A DNA stretch of 64,000 bases from Thermoanaerobaculia bacterium (GTDB taxonomy: Bacteria > Acidobacteriota > Thermoanaerobaculia > Multivoradales > UBA5704): positions 1 through 64,000 of the forward strand of contig JBGAGQ010000024.1 in NCBI GenBank assembly GCA_044226625.1. The letters run 5' to 3'. Shown here one piece after another: positions 29,501-36,683 of this stretch; the stretch's first letter is position 1, and every line of letters starts with the position of its first letter. The notes under the pieces were generated by a model that was given only the letters and a program-made list of their open reading frames with translations, made no database searches and was not told the origin of the DNA. The position numbers and the translations under genes were made by a program.

Positions 29501-31758
29501 TGCATGACAACACGGTGACCGCGACGAGCAACGGCATCGACGTCCTCCGTAGCAACGGGGGCCTCACCATCACCGCGTTCGCCAACAACGTCGTGACGGG
29601 AAACACCGGAGGCTCGGGAATCGTCGTCACCGGTCCGATGTCGTTCGACTCGAATACCGCGAACGCCGTCAACGACCTGGTCTCGGGTGGCACGACCGTC
29701 ATCGGCGCTTCGGGCAACGGCGTCGGGGCGAGCGGGATGGTTCTAACCAACGTCGACGGCAACTTGGAATTCACCGACCTGGACGTCTTCAACGACGCCG
29801 GTACCGGCCTCTCCGTCACCGGATCCGGCGCGTTGACCGCCTCGACCGGCACGCGGATCGCCGTTTCCGCCGGGGTTTCTACCCTCGACTCCAGCGGTGG
29901 CCCCGCGGTCTCCATCAACAACGCCACGACGAGCCTGCCGATCAACTTCTACCGGTCGCAGAACTCCCCGACGACCGGCCTGAGCTTGGTCAATGCCTTC
30001 GGCGGCGTGGGTTCCACCGCGTTCTCCGCGAGCACCGGACAGATTTCGGATCCGGTCGGTGCGTCGGGAACCGCGGTCAACGTCAGCGGCGGCAACGGCA
30101 ACGTCACGATCGGGATCCCGGTGACGAACACCTCCGGCAACTCGGTCGTCGTGACCAACCGCTCGAGCGACACGGTCAGCTTCACCGGAACGGTGAGCGA
30201 CAACGGCGGCTCCGGTATCTCGCTGACCACCAATACCGGGGCGACGATCGGCTTCTCCGGCGCGATCACGGCGAGCACCGGCGCCAACCCGGCGTTCACC
30301 GCGACCGGGGGCGGAACGGTAACGGCCACGGACACGACCAGCACGCTCACGACCACGACCGCGACCGCGCTGAACGTCGCCAACACGATGATCGGCGCCG
30401 GCGGTCTCAGGTTCCGGTCGATCACGGCCGGAACCGCGGGGAGCGGCCCGGCGAACGGCATCGTGCTCAATACGACGGGAGCGAGCGGCGGGCTCACGGT
30501 CTCCGGAACCGGCGGCGCCGGAACCGGCGGCACGATCCAGAAGACGACCGGACCGGGCGTGCTGTTGATGTCCACCCAGAACGTCAGCCTGAGCTCTCTC
30601 AACGTGATCAACGGTACCGACGACGGAATTCACGGCGAATCGGTAACCAACCTCGACCTGATCGGCTGCAGCATCACCGGCAACGGAAACTCCACCACCG
30701 ACGACGGCATCCAGTTGGGTCTCGAGAGCGGAGCGACCACCGGTGTCTCCGGTACCTTGAACCTGACGAACACCACCGTCAGCTCCTCGGCCCACAACAA
30801 CGTGCATATCCGCAACACGCTCGGTACGTTGACGATGAACGTGACGGGGGGAGCTTTCAACAACATCAGCGACACGACCGGCGCCAACTCGTTCCTCTAC
30901 GAGGCCTCCGGCACGTCGACCACCACGGCGGCGACGATCAGCGGCGCGACCTTCAGCACGAACTCGCCGCAGCGAGGTCTCGAGGTCCAGGCGCACGACA
31001 CGGCGACGATCACCGACTTCACGGTGTCGGGTAACACCTTCACCGATAACGGCATCCACGCGAGCTTCACGCAGGACACGAGCGCCAACCTCACGTTCAA
31101 GATGCTCAACAACTTGAACATGTTGACGGCGACGCCGCTCCACGCGATCAACGTCTTCTCCTCTTCGACGTCGACCGGCGGAACGATCCGCGGCCGGATC
31201 CAGGGCAACACCATCGGGAACGGCGCGGTTTCCGGGTCCGGTTCGTCGTCGGGCAACGGAGTCCGCGTCCTGATCCAAGGTCGCACCGCCGCCACGCTGC
31301 TGATCGACGGCAACGTGATTCGACAGACGCCGGGCGGCCGGGCCGTGGACATGCAGTTCCTCGGCTCGACGACCACGGGTCTGGGTATCGTCTCGACGAA
31401 CGACGTGACGATCACCAACAACGACGTTCAGAACAACGCGCCGGCGGCCTCTTTCCCGCTCGCGGCGATCTTCCTCGCTTCCGACAACCAGGGAAGCCCG
31501 GCCCGTGTCCGTGCCGACATCCGCACGAACACCGTGCCGGCAACGGTCGGACCCAACGGCTCGTTCGACTATCCGACCTTCGACGGCAACGCGGCCTGGT
31601 TCGTCTACGAGGAGCTCGGAGGGGCGACGTCCGAGCTCGTGGACAACGCGCCCGCCAGCGGAACCGCCACAGCCGAGATGCAAAGCCACAACACCGGAAC
31701 CATGTATGCCAACTCGGGGGTGGCCCTGATCGCAGGACCGATCACCACGCCGCCGTAG
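23566..31758 (+). CDS. 2730-aa secreted surface protein: signal peptide, internal IPTL-CTERM-like motif, Ig/cadherin-like tandem repeats, C-terminal beta-helix-like region
   Basis: Uninterrupted ORF; ND.PVA..D..T..ED Ig repeats; G/T/N/S-rich parallel beta-helix-type C-terminal ~900 aa. Confidence 0.9.
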   Translation: MTAKRFPQLLAFAVASLFALRPAAAVTSTFKIYIDAGNDNAATSCTDPSVPFRFDEVLTTTVDTSGAASASVTAVAHQSCLSGTLDPTPHAVPGPPTPPWNVGIGNGDNATNVIETFFKFTGAAPTSVRFALVATGASGGLDIVTTTASGSPTPIVLVLGPVIDIPTLGGWGLALLGLLLALAAGKTLRRRGARVALAILFLSSAGALWAVCLFDGLTNDWSVGQRVAQDNAGDSAGGPDVRSFYAKFENGSLCFRIDSSLIFNDPPTADDQAPSTAEDTALPLTLTGSDPNGDPLTFSIVSGPAHGTLGPLSGATATSVNVSYTPAADFNGSDSFVFQVADGLGGTDQGTVSITVTPVDDTPIAVNDAATVAEDSGATAVPVLANDTDVDAGPIGIASVTQPANGTVVITGGGTGLTYAPNANYCNQPPGTTLDTFTYTLTPGSSSATVTMTVTCVDDAPVAVADAATVAEDSGASAVDVLTNDTDIDAGPKTVASVTQPTNGSVVITGGGTGLTYAPNANYCNQPPGTTLDTFTYTLAPGGSSATVTMTVTCVDDAPVAVADAATVAEDSGATAVSVLANDTDVDAGPISIASVTQPANGAVVITGGGTGLTYAPNANYCNQPPGTTLDTFTYTLTPGSSSTTVTMTVTCVDDNPVAVADAATVLEDSGANAIAVLANDTDIDAGPKSVASVTQPVNGAVVITGGGTGLTYAPSANYCNNPPGTTLDTFTYTLAPGGSSTTVTMTVTCVDDAPVAVADAATVNEDSGANAINVLANDPDLDGGPKVVGSVTQPANGAVVITGGGTGLTYAPNADYCNQPPGTTLDTFTYTLSPGGSSATVTVTVSCLNDAPAVDLDANDDQGTTGSDFAATYTEGTAATLIEDPTDATVTDIDNTTLASMTVTLTNLLDTGFETLSTDTTGTSIVAVYTLAPGTGTLTLTGPDTIANFRTVLRKVRYLNTDIDPDASAPRVVNFVANDGAVNSNTAVSTVTVVAVDSPPTAVADAATVTEDSGANAVNVLANDTDPDNGPKSVASVTQPANGTVVITGGGTGLTYAPNANYCNQPPGTTLDTFTYTLTPGSSSTTVTMTVTCADDNPVAVADAATVNEDSGANAVNVLANDTDPDGGPKSVASVTQPANGAVVITGGGTGLTYAPNANYCNQPPGTTLDTFTYTLSPGGSSTTVTMTVTCVDDNPVAVADAATVVEDSGANAVNVLANDTDVDGGPKSLASVTQPANGTVVITGGGTGLTYAPNANYCNQPPGTTLDTFTYTLTPGGSTTTVTMTVTCVDDDPVAVADAATVNEDSGANAVNVLANDTDIDGGPKSVASVTQPANGTVVITGGGTGLTYAPNANYCNQPPGTTLDTFTYTLTPGGSSTTVTMTVTCVDDNPVAVADAATVVEDSGANAVNVLANDTDVDGGPKSVASVTQPANGTVVITGGGTGLTYSPNANYCNQPPGTTLDTFTYTLTPGSSSTTVTMTVTCVDDDPVAVADAATVVEDSGANAVNVLANDTDVDAGPKSVTSVTQPANGTVVITGGGTGLTYAPNPNYCNNPPGTTLDTFTYALTPGGSSTTVTMTVTCVDDPPVAVADSATVIEDSGANAINVLANDTDIDGGPKSVASVTQPANGVVVITGGGTGLTYAPNANYCNNPPGTTLSTFTYTLTPGGSSTTVTITVTCVNDPPVAGADAADFIGNTELRVDTGAVATPHVLKTTSSTFGVLDNDSDPVEGDAVAVSSITVGACTDNSSPFDCTDAAVGTVHMQTNGRFSFEPAPGDTGATESFTYVVTDNGSPAPASATGTVTLTRFNRVWYVKNDQAAGGLGRSADPFDTLLEAQTNSVAGDTIYVYNGDGTTTGQANGIVLKATQRLIGEGVQLAVPVTVNGGPNPTVLRAAGTAPMVDDVDAGGNAVGATDVIPTEIAGLNLAGNTNGIDITHTGAFAGSGSLEIRNNVIRSAGVEGIDLNKGGTGALTLSLHDNTVTATSNGIDVLRSNGGLTITAFANNVVTGNTGGSGIVVTGPMSFDSNTANAVNDLVSGGTTVIGASGNGVGASGMVLTNVDGNLEFTDLDVFNDAGTGLSVTGSGALTASTGTRIAVSAGVSTLDSSGGPAVSINNATTSLPINFYRSQNSPTTGLSLVNAFGGVGSTAFSASTGQISDPVGASGTAVNVSGGNGNVTIGIPVTNTSGNSVVVTNRSSDTVSFTGTVSDNGGSGISLTTNTGATIGFSGAITASTGANPAFTATGGGTVTATDTTSTLTTTTATALNVANTMIGAGGLRFRSITAGTAGSGPANGIVLNTTGASGGLTVSGTGGAGTGGTIQKTTGPGVLLMSTQNVSLSSLNVINGTDDGIHGESVTNLDLIGCSITGNGNSTTDDGIQLGLESGATTGVSGTLNLTNTTVSSSAHNNVHIRNTLGTLTMNVTGGAFNNISDTTGANSFLYEASGTSTTTAATISGATFSTNSPQRGLEVQAHDTATITDFTVSGNTFTDNGIHASFTQDTSANLTFKMLNNLNMLTATPLHAINVFSSSTSTGGTIRGRIQGNTIGNGAVSGSGSSSGNGVRVLIQGRTAATLLIDGNVIRQTPGGRAVDMQFLGSTTTGLGIVSTNDVTITNNDVQNNAPAASFPLAAIFLASDNQGSPARVRADIRTNTVPATVGPNGSFDYPTFDGNAAWFVYEELGGATSELVDNAPASGTATAEMQSHNTGTMYANSGVALIAGPITTPP
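24643..28614 (+). repeat. Twelve 294-bp (98-aa) intragenic repeats in blocks of 5 (24643-26112) and 7 (26557-28614)
   Basis: Exact 294-nt period; consensus DD.PVAVADAATV.EDSGANAVNVLANDTD...YCNQPPGTTLDTFTYTLTPG.SSTTVTMTVTCV. Confidence 0.95.
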
Positions 31759-31822
31759 CGATTCGCGTTGTTTCGCGGGACGGGGAGTCCGGGCCCGGAA
31801 GTGCTAACTAGAGGAGGTATTC

Positions 31823-32326
31823 ATGGCAGAACCTTTTTTGAGCGAGATCAGGATCATGAGCTTCGTGTTCGCGCCGAAGGGGTGGGCTCTCTGTAATGGG
31901 CAACTTCTGCCCATCAATCAGAACCAGGCTCTGTTCTCCCTTCTGGGAACGACGTTCGGGGGCGACGGCCGGGTCAACTTCGCCTTGCCCGACCTTCGCG
32001 CACGTACGCCGATCCACGTCGGCAGCGGACACACGCTCGGCGACCGTGGCGGTGAGCAGGCTCACACGTTGAGCATTGCGGAGCTTCCGACCCACACCCA
32101 TGTGATGAATGCCACCTCGAACGACGCCACTCAGCCGATTCCAACGGCGAATCTGCTGAGTCGCGAGGCACCGGCAAACCCCTACATCTCGCCCACCAAC
32201 CTGAGCGCGATGATCGCCGGGACCGTGGCGAACACCGGAGGCTCACAGGCTCACTTGAACATGCAGCCCTTCCTGACCCTGTCCTTTTGCATAGCCCTTC
32301 AGGGCATTTTCCCGAGCGCTACCTAG
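31823..32326 (+). CDS. Phage tail-collar domain protein (microcystin-dependent protein-like) 1
   Basis: EIRIMSFVFAPKGWALCNGQLL..LFSLLGTTFGGDG..FALPDLR; H.NMQPFL. Confidence 0.92.
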   Translation: MAEPFLSEIRIMSFVFAPKGWALCNGQLLPINQNQALFSLLGTTFGGDGRVNFALPDLRARTPIHVGSGHTLGDRGGEQAHTLSIAELPTHTHVMNATSNDATQPIPTANLLSREAPANPYISPTNLSAMIAGTVANTGGSQAHLNMQPFLTLSFCIALQGIFPSAT

Positions 32327-32335
32327 GAGGCTGGA

Positions 32336-32839
32336 ATGGCGCAACCCTACGTCGGAGAGATTCGAATGTTCGCCGGGAATTTCGCCCCGGCGGGTTGGAT
32401 GTTTTGCGAGGGCCAGCTCCTACCGATCTCCGAATACGAGACCCTCTTCAACTTGATCGGGACCACCTATGGTGGCGACGGCCAGAGCACCTTCGCGCTG
32501 CCCGATTCGCGCGGCCGAATTCCCGTTCACCAAGGAGGAGGCTTCGTCCTGGCGGAAACCGGTGGTGCCGAGGAGATCACGCTCACAGTCAACCAGATCG
32601 CCGCTCACAGTCACCCCCTTCTCTGTGCGAACGTCGTGGGAAACGATCCCAACCCGGCCACCCGGGTGCTCGCCGAGTCGTCGGCGGCGACGCTGTACCA
32701 ATCGGGCGCACCCGCCGCCGCGATGGCTCCTCAGTCGATCGGGTCGACCGGCGGAAGTCAGCCCCACACGAATTTCCAGCCCTATCTTTGTGTCAACTTC
32801 ATCATCTCGCTCTTCGGGATCTTCCCGTCTCCCACCTAG
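32336..32839 (+). CDS. Phage tail-collar domain protein 2
   Basis: GEIRMFAGNFAPAGWMFCEGQLL..GTTYGGDGQSTFALPD. Confidence 0.92.
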   Translation: MAQPYVGEIRMFAGNFAPAGWMFCEGQLLPISEYETLFNLIGTTYGGDGQSTFALPDSRGRIPVHQGGGFVLAETGGAEEITLTVNQIAAHSHPLLCANVVGNDPNPATRVLAESSAATLYQSGAPAAAMAPQSIGSTGGSQPHTNFQPYLCVNFIISLFGIFPSPT

Positions 32840-32854
32840 AAAGGGACCAGAACG

Positions 32855-33376
32855 ATGGATCCATTTGTCGCTGAGATTCGGATCTTTCCCTTCAACTTCG
32901 CGCCCCGAGGGTGGGCGTGGTGCGATGGTCAGTTGCTGCCCCTTTCACAGAACACCGCACTGTTCTCCCTGCTGGGCACGACGTACGGCGGAAACGGGAA
33001 AAGCAATTTCGCCCTTCCCGATCTACAGGGTCGCGCGCCGATGCATCCCGGCCAAGGCCCCGGCCTGTCACTACACGATCTGGGTGAAACCGGTGGCTCC
33101 GAGACCGTCTCCCTGCTCGAGAGCGAGATTCCGTCCCATAGCCATGCCCTCATGTCCCTCGGAGCACCGGGGAACCGCACGAGCCCGGTCAACAACTCCA
33201 TCGCGCGTCCGGCCGCCGGAAACGCCTTCGTTCCTCCCGCGGGTGCGCCGTTGGTCGCGATGGCCGATCAAAGTCTCCCGCCCGCCGGCGGCGACCAGCC
33301 GCATAACAACATGCAGCCGTACCTGACGTTCTATTTCAACATCGCCCTTCAGGGCGTGTTCCCACCGCGCACTTGA
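32855..33376 (+). CDS. Phage tail-collar domain protein 3
   Basis: AEIRIFPFNFAPRGWAWCDGQLL..FALPDLQGR; HNNMQPYL. Confidence 0.92.
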   Translation: MDPFVAEIRIFPFNFAPRGWAWCDGQLLPLSQNTALFSLLGTTYGGNGKSNFALPDLQGRAPMHPGQGPGLSLHDLGETGGSETVSLLESEIPSHSHALMSLGAPGNRTSPVNNSIARPAAGNAFVPPAGAPLVAMADQSLPPAGGDQPHNNMQPYLTFYFNIALQGVFPPRT

Positions 33377-33399
33377 AGCCCCTCTAGGCTTCTGCAGTA

Positions 33400-33434
33400 G
33401 GGCGTGCTCCTCCTTCGGGAGGAGCCGTTCGCCC
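33400..33434 (+). terminator. Strong hairpin after the collar genes (UUCG tetraloop, no U tract)
   Basis: gggcg..gctcctcc-ttcg-ggaggagc..cgccc. Confidence 0.55.
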
Positions 33435-33585
33435 GCTCTCTACTTCGCTCGATCCCACATCTGCGGGCGCCCTAAAGTATTGATTCCGTGTGCGTTCCCC
33501 GCCCGGGTGTGCTAGCGTGACCGAGCTGCTGAACCTGTTGCTCTAGCTTGGGTCTCCAATCCGCCCGAATTTAGCGAGGCGCGCC

Positions 33586-34347
33586 ATGCGTTCGATCACT
33601 TCCGTGAAGTCGTCGTCCCCTTCCTGGAGCCGCCGCGAGTTTCTCGGCATTTCGTCGGTCGGCGTGCTCGCCGCCTCCTTTCCCGGGATCGCCCGAGCGC
33701 AGACCGCGCGGCAGGGGAAAGCACAAGCCCTCTCGATGGGCTACATCGAAGGGAGCGAGACGCTGAGGAGCCTCAAGCGCCTTCCTCGGGCGCTTCGGCG
33801 GCCAGGCCTCGAAGCGGACGCCGAGACCGGTCTTCGGATCGTGCGCGCCGACTCTATTTGGGCGGGCGACGGAGAGCTCTACGGTCGACCGTTGCGGGTC
33901 GCCATTCGAGGTCTCTATCCGCCAGGTATGGCGGAAACCAAGCAGCGGGACCAGTTGCCGCGGAGCGTGCACGTCGACGCCGTGTTCCCCTCCTTCGATC
34001 CGATCGACGATCGGCCGAATCGGTTCGCGGCTTGGAGCTTCGAACAAGTGGGCGGGTGGAGCCCGAGCCCGCCGATTCGCTTCGCCTTTACCCACGAAGA
34101 CGAAAATCCCCTGGCGCTGGTTCTCGACGTCGTAGACGCGGCGGGTGTTCCGGCGAGCTATGAGACTCGATTCACCATCGACCGGGAGACAGGACTGCCC
34201 CGCCTACGGCGCGGCCTTTATCTCTTGGGCCTGTCTGCGGAAACGTGGGCTTTCGATGCGAGCCTTCCGGCGCTCGTCGGACCACGAGCCGCGATACGCT
34301 ATGCCTCGATCCTGATGTCGATCGAGCTCGCGCCCGAAGCAGTGTAG
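33586..34347 (+). CDS. Hypothetical protein with twin-arginine (TAT) signal
   Basis: SRREFLG followed by a hydrophobic stretch and an ARA cleavage site. Confidence 0.75.
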   Translation: MRSITSVKSSSPSWSRREFLGISSVGVLAASFPGIARAQTARQGKAQALSMGYIEGSETLRSLKRLPRALRRPGLEADAETGLRIVRADSIWAGDGELYGRPLRVAIRGLYPPGMAETKQRDQLPRSVHVDAVFPSFDPIDDRPNRFAAWSFEQVGGWSPSPPIRFAFTHEDENPLALVLDVVDAAGVPASYETRFTIDRETGLPRLRRGLYLLGLSAETWAFDASLPALVGPRAAIRYASILMSIELAPEAV

Positions 34348-34370
34348 TCCGCGCCGAGCGGAAAGGCCGG

Positions 34371-34865
34371 ATGGTCTCCGATCTCGAATTGCGTCCCGCC
34401 ACCGAGCAGGACCGTGACTTTCTCCTTCGGCTCTACGCGAGCACCCGCGAAGAGGAGCTCTCGGTCGTCGATTGGCCCCCCGAGCAGAAACGGGCCTTTC
34501 TGGCGATGCAGTTCCAAGCCCAGGACGTGCATTACCGGGAGCACTACCCTGGTGCCGAGCTCCTCGTCATCTTGCGCGCGGGGATCGAGGCCGGCCGTTT
34601 CTACGTCTTTCGAACCGCCCAAGAAATCCGCCTCATGGACATCGCTCTGCTACCCGAACACCGGAACTTCGGAATTGCCACCGAGTTGATCGGTCGTCTT
34701 TTTGCCGAGGGCACGGCGACCGGCCGGATCGTGAGCGTCCACGTCGAGCAGTTCAATCCGGCGTTGCGGCTGTACGAGCGCCTCGGATTCGAGCGGAGCG
34801 CCGAGCGCGGTGCCTATTTCCTGATGGTCTGGAGACCCGCGGCCGCCGCCGCGACCGTCAGGTAA
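34371..34865 (+). CDS. GNAT-family N-acetyltransferase
   Basis: LRPATEQD, DIALLPEHRNFGIAT, NPALRLYERLGF. Confidence 0.9.
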   Translation: MVSDLELRPATEQDRDFLLRLYASTREEELSVVDWPPEQKRAFLAMQFQAQDVHYREHYPGAELLVILRAGIEAGRFYVFRTAQEIRLMDIALLPEHRNFGIATELIGRLFAEGTATGRIVSVHVEQFNPALRLYERLGFERSAERGAYFLMVWRPAAAAATVR

Positions 34866-35148
34866 ATATGACCTCGTAGCGGAAGACGCCCCGATCCGGA
34901 CCCAGAGGAACCGCGAACATCTCCAGCGGCCCGATCTCGGGCTGCTCGAAGCGATAAATGCTCTGAGGAAGGACCGGCGCTTCGAGCGGTGCGTGGAAAA
35001 TCAGCGAGAACGCTTGCCGCGAACCCGAGTCGCCGAGCGGAGTCACCGTGTTCAGCCGAGTATCGACTGTCATCCCGTCCGCCACGACGATGCGGAATGG
35101 CGAATCCTTCAGCCGTTCGAACGAGTCGATCCTAAGGTCTTCGAGCAT
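34858..35148 (-). CDS. DUF6916-like small protein
   Basis: RQAFSLIF..P, LPQSIY, MFAVPLG, YEVIF; GGAGGAGG RBS; convergent 8-bp overlap with the GNAT gene. Confidence 0.75.
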   Translation of the reverse strand: MLEDLRIDSFERLKDSPFRIVVADGMTVDTRLNTVTPLGDSGSRQAFSLIFHAPLEAPVLPQSIYRFEQPEIGPLEMFAVPLGPDRGVFRYEVIFT

Positions 35149-35371
35149 TGTGCCTCCTCCGGAACCCGAATCTTATAGGGAACGACGGCCTTCGGATCCC
35201 CCGAGGGGACGGCGTGTCGGGGAAGCGGCTCGCAACGCGCGTTCGCGCACGTTCCGAGCTGCGATAGATTGCCCAGGCGAACATCGACCGCTTCGGGACG
35301 ACTCGATCCCCGGCATTTCTCCCGGCCGGGATCTGTAACCGCCGCTTGGCCCGCGGCATAGGAGGAGTGGA

Positions 35372-35950
35372 TTGGAAGCCGCCGAAAGTTCGGCCGACGA
35401 ACTATCCGCGCTGATGGTCCGCTACCAGGCGGGAGATGGACGGGCGTTCGACGAGATCTACCGTGCTCTCTCACCGATCCTCCGGAGGTATCTCATTTCC
35501 CTGACCCGAAATGCCGTGGTCGCGGACGATCTGCTGCAGGAGACGTTCCTTCAGTTGCACCGCGCCCGCCACACTTATCGGCCCGACCGCCCGGTGCGGC
35601 CTTGGGCGTTTGCGATCGCGCGCCACGCCTTCCTGATGGACCGCCGGACGAAAGCGCGAAAGGGCTTCGACCTGTTTCCGGAGGGTGAGGCACCGGATCT
35701 GCCGGTACCTCCGGAGGTCGAAGGGCTCGCCGACCGGCAAGCGCTCGCCCGAGCCCTGCGGGGCGTGCCCGAAGACCGACGGGAAGCGCTGGTGCTGCAT
35801 CACGTGGTCGGTCTCTCGTTCCAAGAGATCGGGGCGACGCTTGGAATTCGAGGCGGTGCAGCCAAGCTCCGTGCGCATCGCGGCATGGTGAAATTGCGAG
35901 AGTTGCTCCTCGGAGCGGGACGCAAAGACGAGGCAGAGTCATCTGTATGA
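35372..35950 (+). CDS. ECF RNA polymerase sigma factor
   Basis: GDGRAFDEIY, DDLLQETFL, WAFAIARH, region-4 HTH; GTAACC at 35335 is a possible -35 element. Confidence 0.92.
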   Translation: MEAAESSADELSALMVRYQAGDGRAFDEIYRALSPILRRYLISLTRNAVVADDLLQETFLQLHRARHTYRPDRPVRPWAFAIARHAFLMDRRTKARKGFDLFPEGEAPDLPVPPEVEGLADRQALARALRGVPEDRREALVLHHVVGLSFQEIGATLGIRGGAAKLRAHRGMVKLRELLLGAGRKDEAESSV

Positions 35951-36639
35951 GAGAAGCCAAGGAATACGGCGCGGAGCCGCCGGAGAGCTTACGCGCGGCG
36001 ATCTACGCCGACCTGAAGCCCGTCACGCCCGTCGCGCCCTCCTATCGCCGCGCGATCCTGCTCGTTCCGTGGACCCTGATCGCGCTCGCCATTTTCTGGA
36101 GCCGATTCGGTTTTCGTCCCGACATGCCGGTGCTCGGGTTCGTCCTGGCCTGGGGCCTCTCCGCCGCTCAACTGCTCCTGGCGCTCTGGGTTGCCGTAGG
36201 GGCAATCCGAGGGACGATTCCAGGGGATGGATTGCCGAACTCGATTCTTTGGACAGGAGCCTTCGGAGCCTTCGGCCTGCATCTGGCGGGACTGGCGCTT
36301 GCGTTTCGGCAGAGCCCGTTCCCTGCGCCGCCGGCCAAGGTGACCGCCGAGCTGCATGCCTGTTTCTACTATGAGCTCCTGATCGCCACTCCCCTGCTCG
36401 TGATCGGTGTTTGGCTCCTAGCGCGCGGTTTCGCGTTCCGGCCGGCAATCGGCGGCGCCCTTGCCGGACTCGCCGCCGGATTGCTGGCTGACTCGACCTG
36501 GCGGTTGATCTGCCCCTTCTCCTTTCCCAGTCATGTATTGCCGGCACACACGGGACCGATCCTCACCATGTCGATTCTCGGCGCGGGGCTCGGCCTGGCG
36601 GTCGAGCGCCTCCGCCGCGGAGGCAATCGCAGGATCTAA
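35947..36639 (+). CDS. NrsF/DUF1109-like membrane anti-sigma factor
   Basis: ATGA overlap with the sigma gene, about 6 TM helices, conserved Cys and CP....H...H. Confidence 0.78.
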   Translation: MREAKEYGAEPPESLRAAIYADLKPVTPVAPSYRRAILLVPWTLIALAIFWSRFGFRPDMPVLGFVLAWGLSAAQLLLALWVAVGAIRGTIPGDGLPNSILWTGAFGAFGLHLAGLALAFRQSPFPAPPAKVTAELHACFYYELLIATPLLVIGVWLLARGFAFRPAIGGALAGLAAGLLADSTWRLICPFSFPSHVLPAHTGPILTMSILGAGLGLAVERLRRGGNRRI

Positions 36640-36683
36640 ACCCGTTTCCCGACTCCCAAGTCAGCGAGTACAGCGGGTACGAT

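Noticed and set aside
26443-31689. Long antisense ORFs (1020 and 648 aa; likewise 36819..39893, 40930..43356, 3585..5354, 61605..63845)
   Set aside because: Shadow frames of high-GC genes on the opposite strand, Arg-rich and lacking motifs.
31823-33376. Prophage or tailocin
   Set aside because: Only collar-domain genes are present; no integrase, terminase, capsid, sheath, tube or baseplate gene is in the window.
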